IMG/VR virus record: IMGVR_UViG_3300048904_000202
Coordinates: 132,007 to 164,476 of that record
From: a virus
Taxonomy: Duplodnaviria > Heunggongvirae > Uroviricota > Caudoviricetes
Length of the DNA: 32,470 nt
Reading direction: 5' to 3' (one strand)
A model generated the notes under the pieces. The model made no database searches. It saw only the letters and a list, made by a program, of their open reading frames with translations, and was not told the DNA's origin. A program made the position numbers and the translations under genes. This document shows, piece by piece, positions 13,301-23,300 of this stretch; the stretch's first letter is position 1; every line of letters starts with the position of its first letter.

Positions 13301-14227
13301 ATGCTGACTCTTTACGAGGCATCGAAGCTGGTCGATGGGGACCTCAAGCGTCAGGCGATCATCGAGATGTTCGCCGGCTCGACGGACCTCATGGCGGCGA
13401 TGCCGATCATGGACATTCCGGGCAACAGCTATAGCTACGCTCAGGAAGCGAAGCTGCCGGCCGTTGGCTTCCGTGGCTACAACGGCGTCTATCAGTCGTC
13501 GGTCGGCGTCGTGAACAACGAGAGTGAATCGCTCCGCATCGCGGGCGGCGAACTCGACGTGGACACGGCTCTCGTCAAGACCCACGGCATGGGCGTCCGC
13601 ACCCGCCACGAGGCGATGCAGGTCAAGGCGATGGGTCAGACCATCACCGCCGGCTTCATCAACGGCGATAGCTCGGACGGCGTCTCGTTCGACGGTCTTC
13701 GCGTTCGTGTCCGTGGCAACCAGCTTCTGGCGGCCAACATGGACACGCCGACTGTGTCGGGCGCGCTGAGCCTCGCCACCCTCGACGAAGCGATCGACCG
13801 CGTCGACAGCCCGACGCACATCATCGTGTCGAAGCGTATGCGCAACCTGCTGTCGCAGGCGTCGAAGGACCGCGATGTCGCGGGCAACCTGTACTTCGGC
13901 AAGGACGACTTCGGTCGCCGCGTCGCCTTCTACAACGACCTGCCGCTCCTCATCACCGAGGACGACCAGCACGGCAACAAGATCATCGACTTCAACGAAG
14001 CCGGTCCGGACGCCGCTGGTTCCACGCAGTCGCTGTACGTCGTCTCGCTCGGCGAAGGCAAGATCATGGGTCTCCAGAACGGGATCATGGAGGTCAAGGA
14101 CCTCGGTGAGATCGACGCGGCCCCGGTCTACCGTACCCGCGTCGAGTGGCTGATCGCCATGGCCGTCATGCACGGCAAGGCTGTCACCCGCGTTTGGGGC
14201 ATCACGGACGCAGCGGTCACCCGCTAA
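13301..14227 (+). CDS. Major capsid protein, 308 aa
   Basis: AGGAG RBS, strong codon bias, GFRGYN and GGELDVD capsid-type motifs, position. Confidence 0.9.
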   Translation: MLTLYEASKLVDGDLKRQAIIEMFAGSTDLMAAMPIMDIPGNSYSYAQEAKLPAVGFRGYNGVYQSSVGVVNNESESLRIAGGELDVDTALVKTHGMGVRTRHEAMQVKAMGQTITAGFINGDSSDGVSFDGLRVRVRGNQLLAANMDTPTVSGALSLATLDEAIDRVDSPTHIIVSKRMRNLLSQASKDRDVAGNLYFGKDDFGRRVAFYNDLPLLITEDDQHGNKIIDFNEAGPDAAGSTQSLYVVSLGEGKIMGLQNGIMEVKDLGEIDAAPVYRTRVEWLIAMAVMHGKAVTRVWGITDAAVTR

Positions 14228-14236
14228 GTCTGGATG

Positions 14237-14266
14237 GTGGGGGAGGCTCTACCGGGTCTCCCCACT
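14237..14266 (+). other. 13-bp hairpin without U tail after the capsid gene (mRNA stabiliser or processing site)
   Basis: GTGGGGGAGGCTC-TACC-GGGTCTCCCCCAC. Confidence 0.55.
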
Positions 14267-14319
14267 GACCCTCCCTCCACCAACCCGCACATCCCCAAAT
14301 CGGAAAGGATATTTTCGCC

Positions 14320-14775
14320 ATGGCGAAGATGAACTCGAAGTATCGTTACATGTACGATGCAGCGCCGTCGATTGCGCTCATCACCAAGGACGGCGTCGCC
14401 AAGACGGCGACCTTCAACGGCGTGACCCACACCCTCGACAAGCTCGAAGGCTGGTGGAACACGGCCGGCGAAATCGCGGACGGCGTCTTCGCCATCGCGA
14501 TCAACGTCGATGCCCTCGACCACACGACCGGCGACGAGACCTACACGCTCGCTCTGCAAGTCGGTGACAATGCCTTCGCGCACAGCGTCACCACGCAGTC
14601 GATCGCCGTCACGGCACCGGGCCAGTATGTCCTCCTCGTGGACATGCCCACGATCGTTGCGTTGCTCGGCGCGAACTCGCCGACCAGCCTGCGCCTCGTC
14701 GCAACGCTGGCGGGCACCACGCCGTCGTTCACCGGCTACGCGTGGATCGCCGGTCAGATCATCGACGGCCTCTAA
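14320..14775 (+). CDS. Minor capsid / head decoration protein, 151 aa
   Basis: Beta-rich, follows the major capsid gene, strong codon bias, AAGGA RBS. Confidence 0.7.
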   Translation: MAKMNSKYRYMYDAAPSIALITKDGVAKTATFNGVTHTLDKLEGWWNTAGEIADGVFAIAINVDALDHTTGDETYTLALQVGDNAFAHSVTTQSIAVTAPGQYVLLVDMPTIVALLGANSPTSLRLVATLAGTTPSFTGYAWIAGQIIDGL

Positions 14776-14784
14776 GCTGATCTC

Positions 14785-14813
14785 CGGACGGACCTTCGGG
14801 TCCGTCCGTTTTT
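14785..14813 (+). terminator. Intrinsic terminator
   Basis: CGGACGGACC-TTCG-GGTCCGTCCG-TTTTT. Confidence 0.92.
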
Positions 14814-14840
14814 CCCGACCCAGCTAGAAGAGAACCAGAC

Positions 14841-15251
14841 ATGTCCAGCATCGATCCCAACATGATCTTCGTCTACTCGCCGAGCGGCGACGCGGCCGAA
14901 GTCTCCAAGGCCAACGCCCGCGACCTCGTGTCGCACGCGGGATGGGCCTACGAAAAGCTCGTCGCTGCCGCAACGCCGGCTCCGACCCCCGCACCGGCTC
15001 CCACGCCGGCTCCTGCTCCCGCCCCGGTGACGCCGTCGGCTCCCACGACCGAAGAAGCTGCCAAGCCCTTCACCACCGTCGAGGAGTTCGCTGCACTGAC
15101 CGAGAAGGCCGACATGCAGGAGTATATCACCAAGCACTTCCCGGACTTCAAGATCGACGGCCGCGCCAACCGCGACAAGCTGGTCGCTCAGGCGATCGAA
15201 CTCGCCAAGGGTGAGACGGTCGAAACGGTCGACGAGGACGAGGCCGAGTAA
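14841..15251 (+). CDS. Two-domain virion-associated protein with Pro/Ala/Thr linker, 136 aa
   Basis: TPAPTPAPAPTPAPAPAP linker; codon bias like the structural genes. Confidence 0.75.
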   Translation: MSSIDPNMIFVYSPSGDAAEVSKANARDLVSHAGWAYEKLVAAATPAPTPAPAPTPAPAPAPVTPSAPTTEEAAKPFTTVEEFAALTEKADMQEYITKHFPDFKIDGRANRDKLVAQAIELAKGETVETVDEDEAE

Positions 15252-15385
15252 TGGGCGTCGCTTGGATGTCGCAGTACGAGGCTGACAAGCTGAATGGCAC
15301 GTCCAAGCCCGCTGCTCAGGTCACCGCCGGTATCGCCCACCAACGTGTGGTCGTCCCCAAGCCGGCAAAACCCAACCGCAAATAA
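15251..15385 (+). CDS. 44-aa protein MGVAWMSQYEADKLNG…KPNRK
   Basis: TAATG overlap; followed by terminator. Confidence 0.6.
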   Translation: MGVAWMSQYEADKLNGTSKPAAQVTAGIAHQRVVVPKPAKPNRK

Positions 15386-15408
15386 TCCCCCAGCCATCCG
15401 GCTGATAG

Positions 15409-15440
15409 GCGCTCGGCAGGCAAGCTTGCCGGGCGCTTTT
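15409..15440 (+). terminator. Intrinsic terminator
   Basis: GCGCTCGGCAGG-CAAG-CTTGCCGGGCGC-TTTT. Confidence 0.75.
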
Positions 15441-15459
15441 GGTTTCAGGAGCCTCGAAC

Positions 15460-15966
15460 ATGGACATCATCGTCGAAGACGGCACTGGCATCGTCATCGC
15501 CAACTCGTACCTGTCCACGGACGAGGCTGACGACCTGCTGTCGATCAACATTCACTCGACGTGGGCTACCCTCGTAGACGACGACAAGGAAAAGCTTCTC
15601 ATGTACGCGACTCGTGTACTGGATGAGCGTTGCCGCTGGAATGGCGTCAAGACCTTCCCGACTTCGGGCCTCGCATGGCCGCGTATGCGCGTTCGCGACA
15701 AGGAAGGGAACCTCGTCGAGGACAATATCGTCCCCCTCGCGGTGAAGTACGCGACCGCCGTCCTCGCAAACCACCTCATCACCAACAACCCGGAAGTCGC
15801 CAACACTTCGGCAAACCTCACCCAGATCGAGGTCGATGTCATCCGGATCAAGTTCGACGTTTACAAGGCGACCGAGAAGTATCCGGACGAGATCAAGTTC
15901 ATCCTCGACGGCCTCGGCACCTTCCGCAGCGGCAAGCGCACCACCGGCCGCATCCAGAAGTGCTAA
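15460..15966 (+). CDS. Head-tail adaptor (DnaT-like domain family), 168 aa
   Basis: IIVEDGTG…ANSYLS…LAWPR…VPLAVKYA pattern; AGGAG RBS. Confidence 0.75.
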   Translation: MDIIVEDGTGIVIANSYLSTDEADDLLSINIHSTWATLVDDDKEKLLMYATRVLDERCRWNGVKTFPTSGLAWPRMRVRDKEGNLVEDNIVPLAVKYATAVLANHLITNNPEVANTSANLTQIEVDVIRIKFDVYKATEKYPDEIKFILDGLGTFRSGKRTTGRIQKC

Positions 15967-15969
15967 GCC

Positions 15970-16350
15970 ATGGCTAACCTCAAGACTCTGATCGATCAGC
16001 AGATCGCCAACGCCTTCAACAACATTCTCGCGCCGGGTGGCCTCACGGTAGAGATCACGGTGCGCTTCCTCGTGTCGAACGGGGAATGGGACCCGGTGAC
16101 CGAAGAAACGAACCCGATCTACAATGACGTGCCCAAGGTCACTTGCGTCCTCGCAAAGCCGGGCTCGACGGACGTGAAAGATCACGGTGTCAGCCTCACG
16201 GACGGCAAACTCATCATCCCCGGAACATTCATCCCGCAAGAACCCGACACGGACACCGACCGCGTGATCCTGAACGGACGGGAATGGAACATCCGCAAGG
16301 GTGTCGGCGTGCCGGGGCAAGGCGTCTATATTCTCTATGTGAACCTGTAA
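15970..16350 (+). CDS. Head closure / head-tail joining protein, 126 aa
   Basis: Size and synteny; beta-rich. Confidence 0.65.
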   Translation: MANLKTLIDQQIANAFNNILAPGGLTVEITVRFLVSNGEWDPVTEETNPIYNDVPKVTCVLAKPGSTDVKDHGVSLTDGKLIIPGTFIPQEPDTDTDRVILNGREWNIRKGVGVPGQGVYILYVNL

Positions 16351-16351
16351 C

Positions 16352-16837
16352 ATGGCGCGCTACGTACAGGGCGCCGAAGCCGCACACGCAGCGGCCCTCA
16401 AACAGATCGATGATCTGGAGAAGCGCTTCCAGCAGAACATCGAGCTTCTCGTCCGCGAGGTCCATGAGTTCATCACGTCCAAGACCCCGGTTAACACCGG
16501 TCAGGCCGTGCGAAACATGATCTGGGTACGCGGAGAGGGGCATTCGATCGTGCTGGACGCCTTGGGCTCGGGCGCTCCGGGACCGACCAACAGCATGACG
16601 CTGGGATCGGAACCCCGACGCGCCGAGAACGAAGCCGATGCCAAGAACACGATCGCCGGTCTGAACCTCTCAAATCCATTTGGCGTCTTCACACTCCAGA
16701 ATAACGCGCCGGACATCGTCGGGCTTGAACTCGGCGTCTTGCCGGGCCCGCCTCTCACACCACGTTCGCCGCAAGGCATGTTCGGCTTGGCTTCGCACTA
16801 TTTCTCGTCCAAGATCGAAAGCAAGGGCATCCTGTAA
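16352..16837 (+). CDS. Neck / tail-completion protein (HK97 gp10-like), 161 aa
   Basis: KTPVNTGQAVRNMIW and NNAPDI resemble the TPVDTG/NNAPY motifs; synteny. Confidence 0.65.
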   Translation: MARYVQGAEAAHAAALKQIDDLEKRFQQNIELLVREVHEFITSKTPVNTGQAVRNMIWVRGEGHSIVLDALGSGAPGPTNSMTLGSEPRRAENEADAKNTIAGLNLSNPFGVFTLQNNAPDIVGLELGVLPGPPLTPRSPQGMFGLASHYFSSKIESKGIL

Positions 16838-17295
16838 TGAGTTTCGAAAGCCAGCGCAGCTACCTTGGGTCCCGCATGAAGCAGGTCGACACCGGCCTGC
16901 CGATGGCTTTCCCCAATGTGAAGTTCGACCGCCCCAAGGACGCGCCTTACGGCGAGTTTCACATCATGGGCGGCGATTTCTATTACAAGGAAATCATGGG
17001 AGCGAGCCCAACGGCCGGCATGGTCCGGGTGAAGGTCTGCTATACTCCGATGCTCCAGATGACGATCTGGATTCCTGAGGAAGGAAAAGAAGGCCCGGCG
17101 ACACGCGCCGCCGACGCTCTGCATCAGCGCTTCGCAAATCGTCAAGGGTTCGACGACAGCGGCGACTTCTATCGCTTCAAGACGGTGCAGCCGATCACGC
17201 CGCAATCCACCAAGCAGGGATGGAAGGCGTACATCTTCCGCATCCCCTTCACCCGAGACACGATCGAGGAAGTGCCCATCGGCTTGACCCTGTAA
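16837..17295 (+). CDS. Tail terminator-like protein, 152 aa
   Basis: Synteny before tail tube; AFPNVKFDRP N-terminus; TAATG overlap. Confidence 0.65.
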   Translation: MSFESQRSYLGSRMKQVDTGLPMAFPNVKFDRPKDAPYGEFHIMGGDFYYKEIMGASPTAGMVRVKVCYTPMLQMTIWIPEEGKEGPATRAADALHQRFANRQGFDDSGDFYRFKTVQPITPQSTKQGWKAYIFRIPFTRDTIEEVPIGLTL

Positions 17296-17392
17296 TGGGT
17301 CAACTCGCGGAATAGCAGTTCGCGGGCACGTAAACGCTTTCGCTATATTGACAAGTAACGATAACGCTGCCATCGTGGAGTGTTATTCTCCC

Positions 17393-17421
17393 TTGACAAT
17401 CTACCCACTTTCGTTTACCAT
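17393..17421 (+). promoter_or_regulatory. Sigma70-type promoter for the tail tube gene
   Basis: TTGACA-N17-TACCAT; second TTGACA at 17348. Confidence 0.6.
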
Positions 17422-17487
17422 TACGCTCTCTTTCCGCCCCATCTGCTGGGCGCATCGCTCCCACGCACCTGAGAGGGCTCATACCAC

Positions 17488-19314
17488 ATGGCACGCAAGC
17501 TGTTTGCGGACTCGAACCGCGCCTCGCTCCGCGAGATCATCGAAGACAACAACGACTGGGGTACGACCCCCGCCGCCGGTGTTTCGCGCGCCCGCCGCTT
17601 CACGCAGTCCTCGATCGTCGTCTCGAAGACGACCGCCGAGAGCGCCGAAATCCGCGACGACCGCATGGTCTCCTCGATCATCGAAACCGCCGCTTCGTCG
17701 GGCGGCGAAATCCAGTGGGAGTTCGCGGCCGGCTCGCAGGACGGCGATTTCCAGCGCGTCCTCATGTCCTACTGGTCGCGCCCGATGGGCTTCGACGTGT
17801 TCCGTGGACAGGTCGTGTCGATCGTGGCCAACAACCAGTTTGCCATCTCCGGCGCCGACGATTTGTCGCCCTATTTCACGGCATCGCGCCGTGTGAAGCT
17901 CGCCGGCTTCGTCAACCCGGCGAACAACGACTATCTCCAGATCAGCGGCGTCGCTTTCGCGGGCGGCGTTACCACGGTCACCGTCACCGCCACGACGCTG
18001 GTCGCGGAGGCCGGCACCGCGTTCACGACCGTCTATGACGCGAATGACGTGGTCCTTCTCAAGTCGACCGCGATCCGCTTCGGCAACACCGCCAAGACGA
18101 TCGACTCGAACGGCGCCAACGCGTTCGCGGCGGCTATCGCCGCCAAGCAGCTTGTCCCCGGCCAGCGCATCTTCGTCGAAGGTGTGGGCTACGAGGCCGG
18201 CACCATCACGCTCGACACGGTTCTGGACGGCGAGACCGTCACGATCTCGGACGGCGTGAACACGTTCGCGTTCGAAGCGCAGAGCGACAGCGATATCGCC
18301 GATGCCGACGCGTTCACCTTCGCGATCGGTGTTGACGACACGGCGACCGCCGTGAACCTCGCCGCCAAGATCAACGCGATCCGCGTCACCGGCGACCTCA
18401 ACGTCTCCGCGACCTCGGCTCTGGGCGTCGTTACCGTCACCAACCTGAACAAGGATGGCGGCTCGATCAGCACGACCGACGCCGACATCACGGTCGTGGA
18501 TTTCGCGAACGGAGACGCAACGCTCGGTGGCTTCTACACGATCGTCAGCCTGACCGACGACAAGATCGTCGTTGATCGCGACGTGCCCGTCCTCGCGGCC
18601 GGCAAGCATGTCACGATCAAGGGCTCGATGATCCGCAATCCGGGCTCCTCGGCCGACATCACGCCGCAGTCGTTCTCGCTGGAGACCGGCTTCCACGACG
18701 TGAGCCAGTATTTCAAGGCGGACGGCCTGCGCGCCGGCACGCTGGCGCTGGACGTGTCGTCGGGTGCGATCATCACCGGTTCGACCACGACCATGGGTCG
18801 CGACACCACCCGTGCGAACACGGAAGTGTTGGCGGGCGCCGGCTACACGCCGATCGACGCGGCGGCCACCGAAAACATCTCGGCAACCGCAAACGTCGGC
18901 CAGCTTTCGGTCAATGGTGCTTCGCTGTCGACCGCGATCCAGTCGATCAAGTTCTCGATCGAAGGCAACCTGCGTGAGCAGCGCGCCGTGGGCTCGAAGT
19001 TCCCCGAAGGCATCGCGGCCGGCCGTCTCAAGATCACCGGAACGATCGCGGCTTACTTCGCGGACGGTACGCTGTTCGACAAGTTCCTCGCGCACGAGAC
19101 GACCTCGCTGTCGTTCCCGTTCGTCGACCCGGACAAGAACACCTACTACTTCACGATCCCGGCGTTCAAGATCACGTCGGACCCGATCTCGCCGGGCGGT
19201 CTCGATCAGGACGTTATGGAGAACATGCAGTTCTCGGCGTTCCGCGACGTGGCAACCAAGTGCATGATCCAGATCGATCGCTTCTCGTCCACCGCGCCGG
19301 TCACCGCGCTGTAA
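17488..19314 (+). CDS. Major tail tube protein, 608 aa, with central beta-rich insertions
   Basis: DSNRASLREIIE…GTTP and SAEIRDDRMVS N-terminus; KITGTIAAYF C-terminus; strong codon bias. Confidence 0.85.
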   Translation: MARKLFADSNRASLREIIEDNNDWGTTPAAGVSRARRFTQSSIVVSKTTAESAEIRDDRMVSSIIETAASSGGEIQWEFAAGSQDGDFQRVLMSYWSRPMGFDVFRGQVVSIVANNQFAISGADDLSPYFTASRRVKLAGFVNPANNDYLQISGVAFAGGVTTVTVTATTLVAEAGTAFTTVYDANDVVLLKSTAIRFGNTAKTIDSNGANAFAAAIAAKQLVPGQRIFVEGVGYEAGTITLDTVLDGETVTISDGVNTFAFEAQSDSDIADADAFTFAIGVDDTATAVNLAAKINAIRVTGDLNVSATSALGVVTVTNLNKDGGSISTTDADITVVDFANGDATLGGFYTIVSLTDDKIVVDRDVPVLAAGKHVTIKGSMIRNPGSSADITPQSFSLETGFHDVSQYFKADGLRAGTLALDVSSGAIITGSTTTMGRDTTRANTEVLAGAGYTPIDAAATENISATANVGQLSVNGASLSTAIQSIKFSIEGNLREQRAVGSKFPEGIAAGRLKITGTIAAYFADGTLFDKFLAHETTSLSFPFVDPDKNTYYFTIPAFKITSDPISPGGLDQDVMENMQFSAFRDVATKCMIQIDRFSSTAPVTAL

Positions 19315-19319
19315 TCGGG

Positions 19320-19348
19320 AGAGGGCGGCCAAAAGTGCCGCCCTCTTC
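19320..19348 (+). terminator. Hairpin after tail tube gene, weak U tail
   Basis: AGAGGGCGGC/GCCGCCCTCT. Confidence 0.5.
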
Positions 19349-19574
19349 ATACGAGAACAACATTTAAAGCATATACCAGCGCTTCCACCTCATGGCGCTG
19401 ATGAGGTCCACGATTGGGCCGACACTCCGCGCATGATCGCGGTCTCCCAAAAATCCACAGTTTGGCCGGTCCCGAACCATCCGGCCTATCCAGCTTCCCG
19501 ACCTAGTTCGCTGGCGAACCGTGGGTGCCGTTGTCGGGACGGCACCCACACCCTTTTCCCGACAGGAATCCCTC

Positions 19575-19982
19575 ATGAACATCTACGAGCAGTTTGCCTC
19601 GGACGGCCTCATCGACGAGGCAAAGACCTTCCCACTCTCGGAAAGCGCTGAGATCACCATGCTGCCGACCGGCGGCGAGAAGGCGCGCCGCGCTTTCGAG
19701 AAGATGATGGAGCCGTATGGCCCCCGTCTCAATGCCGGTGGCAAGCTGACCGACGAGGAGAACAAGAAGCTCAACGCCCGCTTCTACGCCGAGTACATCG
19801 TCAAGGGCTGGAAGGGCATCAAGGGCAAGGACAACGAGGAGATCACCTTCTCGAAGGAAAACGCCCTCGCGCTGTTCACCGATGAGAAGCTGGCCGGCTT
19901 CTTCGCCCTGATCATCCGCATGTCGCAGAACGACGAGGGCTTCAAGGCCGCTGCCGAAGCGACCGACGAGGGAAACTCCTAA
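19575..19982 (+). CDS. Tail assembly chaperone (gpG-like), 135 aa
   Basis: AGGA RBS, position between tube and tape measure, slippery site at 3' end. Confidence 0.8.
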   Translation: MNIYEQFASDGLIDEAKTFPLSESAEITMLPTGGEKARRAFEKMMEPYGPRLNAGGKLTDEENKKLNARFYAEYIVKGWKGIKGKDNEEITFSKENALALFTDEKLAGFFALIIRMSQNDEGFKAAAEATDEGNS

Positions 19983-20392
19983 GCTACCTTCGTTGGAGCC
20001 AGAAGCCGACTGCAAAGAAGGCTGACTGGCTCCGCAAGGTAGCGGAAGAGCAGGGAGGCACATTCAAGACACTGGACGATGAGCCCACGCTTGGCGCTCA
20101 TCTCCAGTGGATTTGGAAGGCCTTCACGGACCTGAATTATCGCCGAGGCGCCAGCATGGCTGGCCCGCTGCCCTTCGCGTACGCGGACATCGAAGCGTAC
20201 TGCAACCTCAAGGGCATCTACCTTCTCGGGGAACGCGAACGCCTTCTCCGTCTCCTCGACCCGCTCGATCGCGAGTGGATGCAGAAAGCCTACGAGGAAA
20301 ACGGGCGCGGGTCCACCGCCCCGCCACCACCACCCCCAAACCACAGTCCACCGCGTGATCGCGGCAACCGCCAACGCACAAAGCAGGTGTAA
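19970..20392 (+). CDS. -1 frameshift extension of the tail chaperone (gpGT-like)
   Basis: G GGA AAC at 19970-19976 in register; -1 frame is open (LLSYLRWSQ…WIWKAFTDLNYRR…) up to the tape-measure start. Confidence 0.8.
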   Translation, partial: GKLLSYLRWSQKPTAKKADWLRKVAEEQGGTFKTLDDEPTLGAHLQWIWKAFTDLNYRRGASMAGPLPFAYADIEAYCNLKGIYLLGERERLLRLLDPLDREWMQKAYEENGRGSTAPPPPPPNHSPPRDRGNRQRTKQV

Positions 20393-23300
20393 TGAGCGTC
20401 GAACAACACGGCTTGAAGTTTGTCGTCGATACGGCTGACGTTGCGAAGGGTTTTCGCGACTACAAGTCGGCTGTCGATGGCGTCTTCGCGTCGCTGGACA
20501 AGTTCGAAGCCCACGTCGCCAAGACGATGAAGGGTATTGCTAGCGCGTCCAGCAACAAGTCCGCGCTCAATGCCTTCAAGAACGCCCTCCAGTCGATTTC
20601 CGATGTGAAGATCAGCGCGTCCACCGTTCGCTCGGTGGGCGCGCTGTCGGCTGCCATGAAAGATTTCCGCGCGCCGTCCGAGGGACAGTCCGCGAACCTT
20701 CGCGCATTCAGCCGCGCCCTCGGCACATTGCCGGACCTGACCAGCGCTTATCGCACGATCAAGTCGATCGACGATCTCAACATCGCGATGCGTGGATTCA
20801 AGGCGCCGCCCGCGTCGCAGGCCGCCAACCTCATTGCGCTGGGTAAGGCGCTGGAGAATTTCGGTCCGCGCCTCAAGGCGCTCGCCAACATCGGCAACCT
20901 CGCCGGCAATATCGCCGCGATCAGTTCGCTTGGCGTCGCCCTCGGCCGCCTCAAGCCACCCACTGCCTCGCAGGTCACCAACCTCGGCAATTTCGCGCTC
21001 GCCCTTCGTAGCTTCAACTTCGGCAACCTGTCGGGGACCGCGAACCTGTTCGCGACGCTCCGTGGTATCTCGGACTTCAAGGCGCCGAGCGCTGCCCAGA
21101 CCCGCGCGCTGGTGAATTTCGCGCACGCGGTCGGCCAGATCAAGGTGCCCTCGAACGCCTCGGCGCTCACCTCCTATCTCAACTCGATCAGCAGCGCCGC
21201 CGCAAAGGCGCAGGGCGCTGTCGTGCGCTTCCACGGTGGCATGGGCTCCGGTGGCGCGTCGTTCAGCAAGTTCAGCAGCGGCGTACACAATTCCCGCCTC
21301 GAACTCATGGGCCTCCAGAACGCGTTCTCGGGGACGTTTCAGGTTGGGTCGCTGCTGCGCTCGCTGATCGGCGGCCTCACGATCGGCGAACTTGGCCGCG
21401 ACTTCTTCGAAGCTACCCAGAGCGCCAACCAGTTCCACGCGTCCATGATGGTCGTCACGAACAACCTGCAAGAGCAGGAAGCAGCGTGGCAGCGAGCGCA
21501 AAATGCCGCTGACCACTACGGCGTCGACCTCAAGACCTACTCGGACGGCTTCGCAAAGTTCGCGGCGGCTGTCCACGAGTCGGGCGGCTCCCTCAAGGAA
21601 TCGACGAAGATTTACGAGGGCTTCCAAACCGTCATCACGGCTATGCATCTCGGGACCGAGCAGCAGCAGTCGGTTGGCCTCGCGCTGCGCGAAGGTATGG
21701 ATCGCGGCTACGTCTCGACTCAGATTCTGACTCGTCAGCTTGGTCTCGTCCTGCCGGGCGCCATGGCCACCGCCCAGAAGGCGTGGAAGGAAGCAAATGG
21801 CGAGCAGTCGAACTTCTTCGATGCGCTCAAGAAGAAGCAGGTCGACTCGATCTGGCTCTTCGACAAGCTCGCCGAGAAGTATCAGCGTGACTACGGTCCC
21901 GCCCTCGCGCAGGCGCTGGAGTCGCCGGTTCAGCAGTGGGCGATTCTCAAGAACCGTGTGACCGAGTTCATGCAGGAAGTGGCCAAAGCCGGCGCCCAGA
22001 AGGGATTTGCCGAACTCATCGCCAAGATTTCCAGCAAGCTCGATCCGGCGCACATCAAGAAGTATGCCGACGCGATCGGTAAGGACCTCCACAAAGCTCT
22101 CCAGAAGACGGGAGAGATGATCGATTGGTTCACGAACAACTGGGACAAGATCAAAGGTCCTTTGCTGACGGCACTCAAGCTGTTCGGCGAATGGATGGTC
22201 GTGACCGCAGCATTCGACATCGGCCGTCATCTGACGCGCCCGCTGATCACGTTTGCCGGTCTGTTCACCGGTGAGAAGAACATCCTCACGTCGCTGAGTA
22301 CCTTCAAGAAGCTCCTGATCGACATCAACGCCATCAAAATGACCAGTATGTTCGGTGGCCTCTTTGCCGGCGGATTGCAGACGGTTGGTGCCCTTTCGAC
22401 GGGACTCAACAAAATCCTTGGGATCGGTCCGAAGATCGCGTCCCTCGGTCCGGCAATCAAGGCCGGACTGACGACGCCGATCGAGGGACTTCTGACCACG
22501 GTCGGAGCCGTTGCCGGAGCGATTGCTGTCGGCATCGGAGGCGCGTTCGCGATTGCGGTGAACGTCGGCCGTCAGGCCGGCGTGCAGATGCAGCATGATC
22601 AATACACCACCGGCGAAATCATCAAGGGCGGCTTCCTGCTCGTTGGTGACTTCATTGCCGGTGTGTGGGGCAAGACGGTTAGCTACCTCGACAAGGCCGC
22701 CCAGTGGGTTGGTAGCGCGATCGGCGTGCCATTCGCAAACGCCGCCGACTTCATCGGCAAGGCGTTCTTTAGCATCTATTATGTGTTCAAGAAGGTCGGC
22801 GAACTCCTCATCGGCTCCGCGCAAGCGATCGGTGAGTCGATTGGTATCTTCATCGGCTCGAAGATCAGTGCGTTCGTCAAGATCGGACAGGGCGATTTCA
22901 AGGGCGCGTACGCTGATCTCAGCAAGGGTATCGGCTCTTCACTCGCCGAAGGTTTCAAGAACCGCCTCGGAAATTTCCAAGTCAATGCAGCCGACTTTCA
23001 GCGCTCGGCGGAAGAAGCTGGTCTAGGCGCGGATGCCTTGCTGGCCAAGATGGGTCAGCGCGGCCGTGGCAAGCGCGTTGGACCGCCGCCCGCACCGAGC
23101 CTCGTTAGCCCGTGGACCCCGGCCGAGGGCGATCAGGACGGACGAGACTCGCACTATCAGGGCAACACCGGCAACGACAAGAAGAAGAAAGGTAAGAAGG
23201 ACAAGGCGTTTAACGACCTCAAGACGGCTGAGGACGGGTTCGACGCACTGTTCAAGAAGCTCGATCAGGACGACCCGGTGGCCAAGCTGCTGGACGGCTG

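Noticed and set aside
19395-19450. Hammerhead ribozyme (CTGATGA, stem GGTCC/GGGCC, then GACA…GGTC)
   Set aside because: GACA replaces GAAA, stem III register is poor, stem I cannot form, and a simple ACCTCAT/ATGAGGT hairpin explains the sequence
20290-22824. 844-aa minus-strand ORF, and similar long antisense ORFs (17479-19350, 10128-11027, 13256-14173, 15445-16353, 24598-25629)
   Set aside because: They lie fully opposite well-supported + strand structural genes, have no recognisable motifs or RBS, and are the expected shadow of GC-rich codon bias
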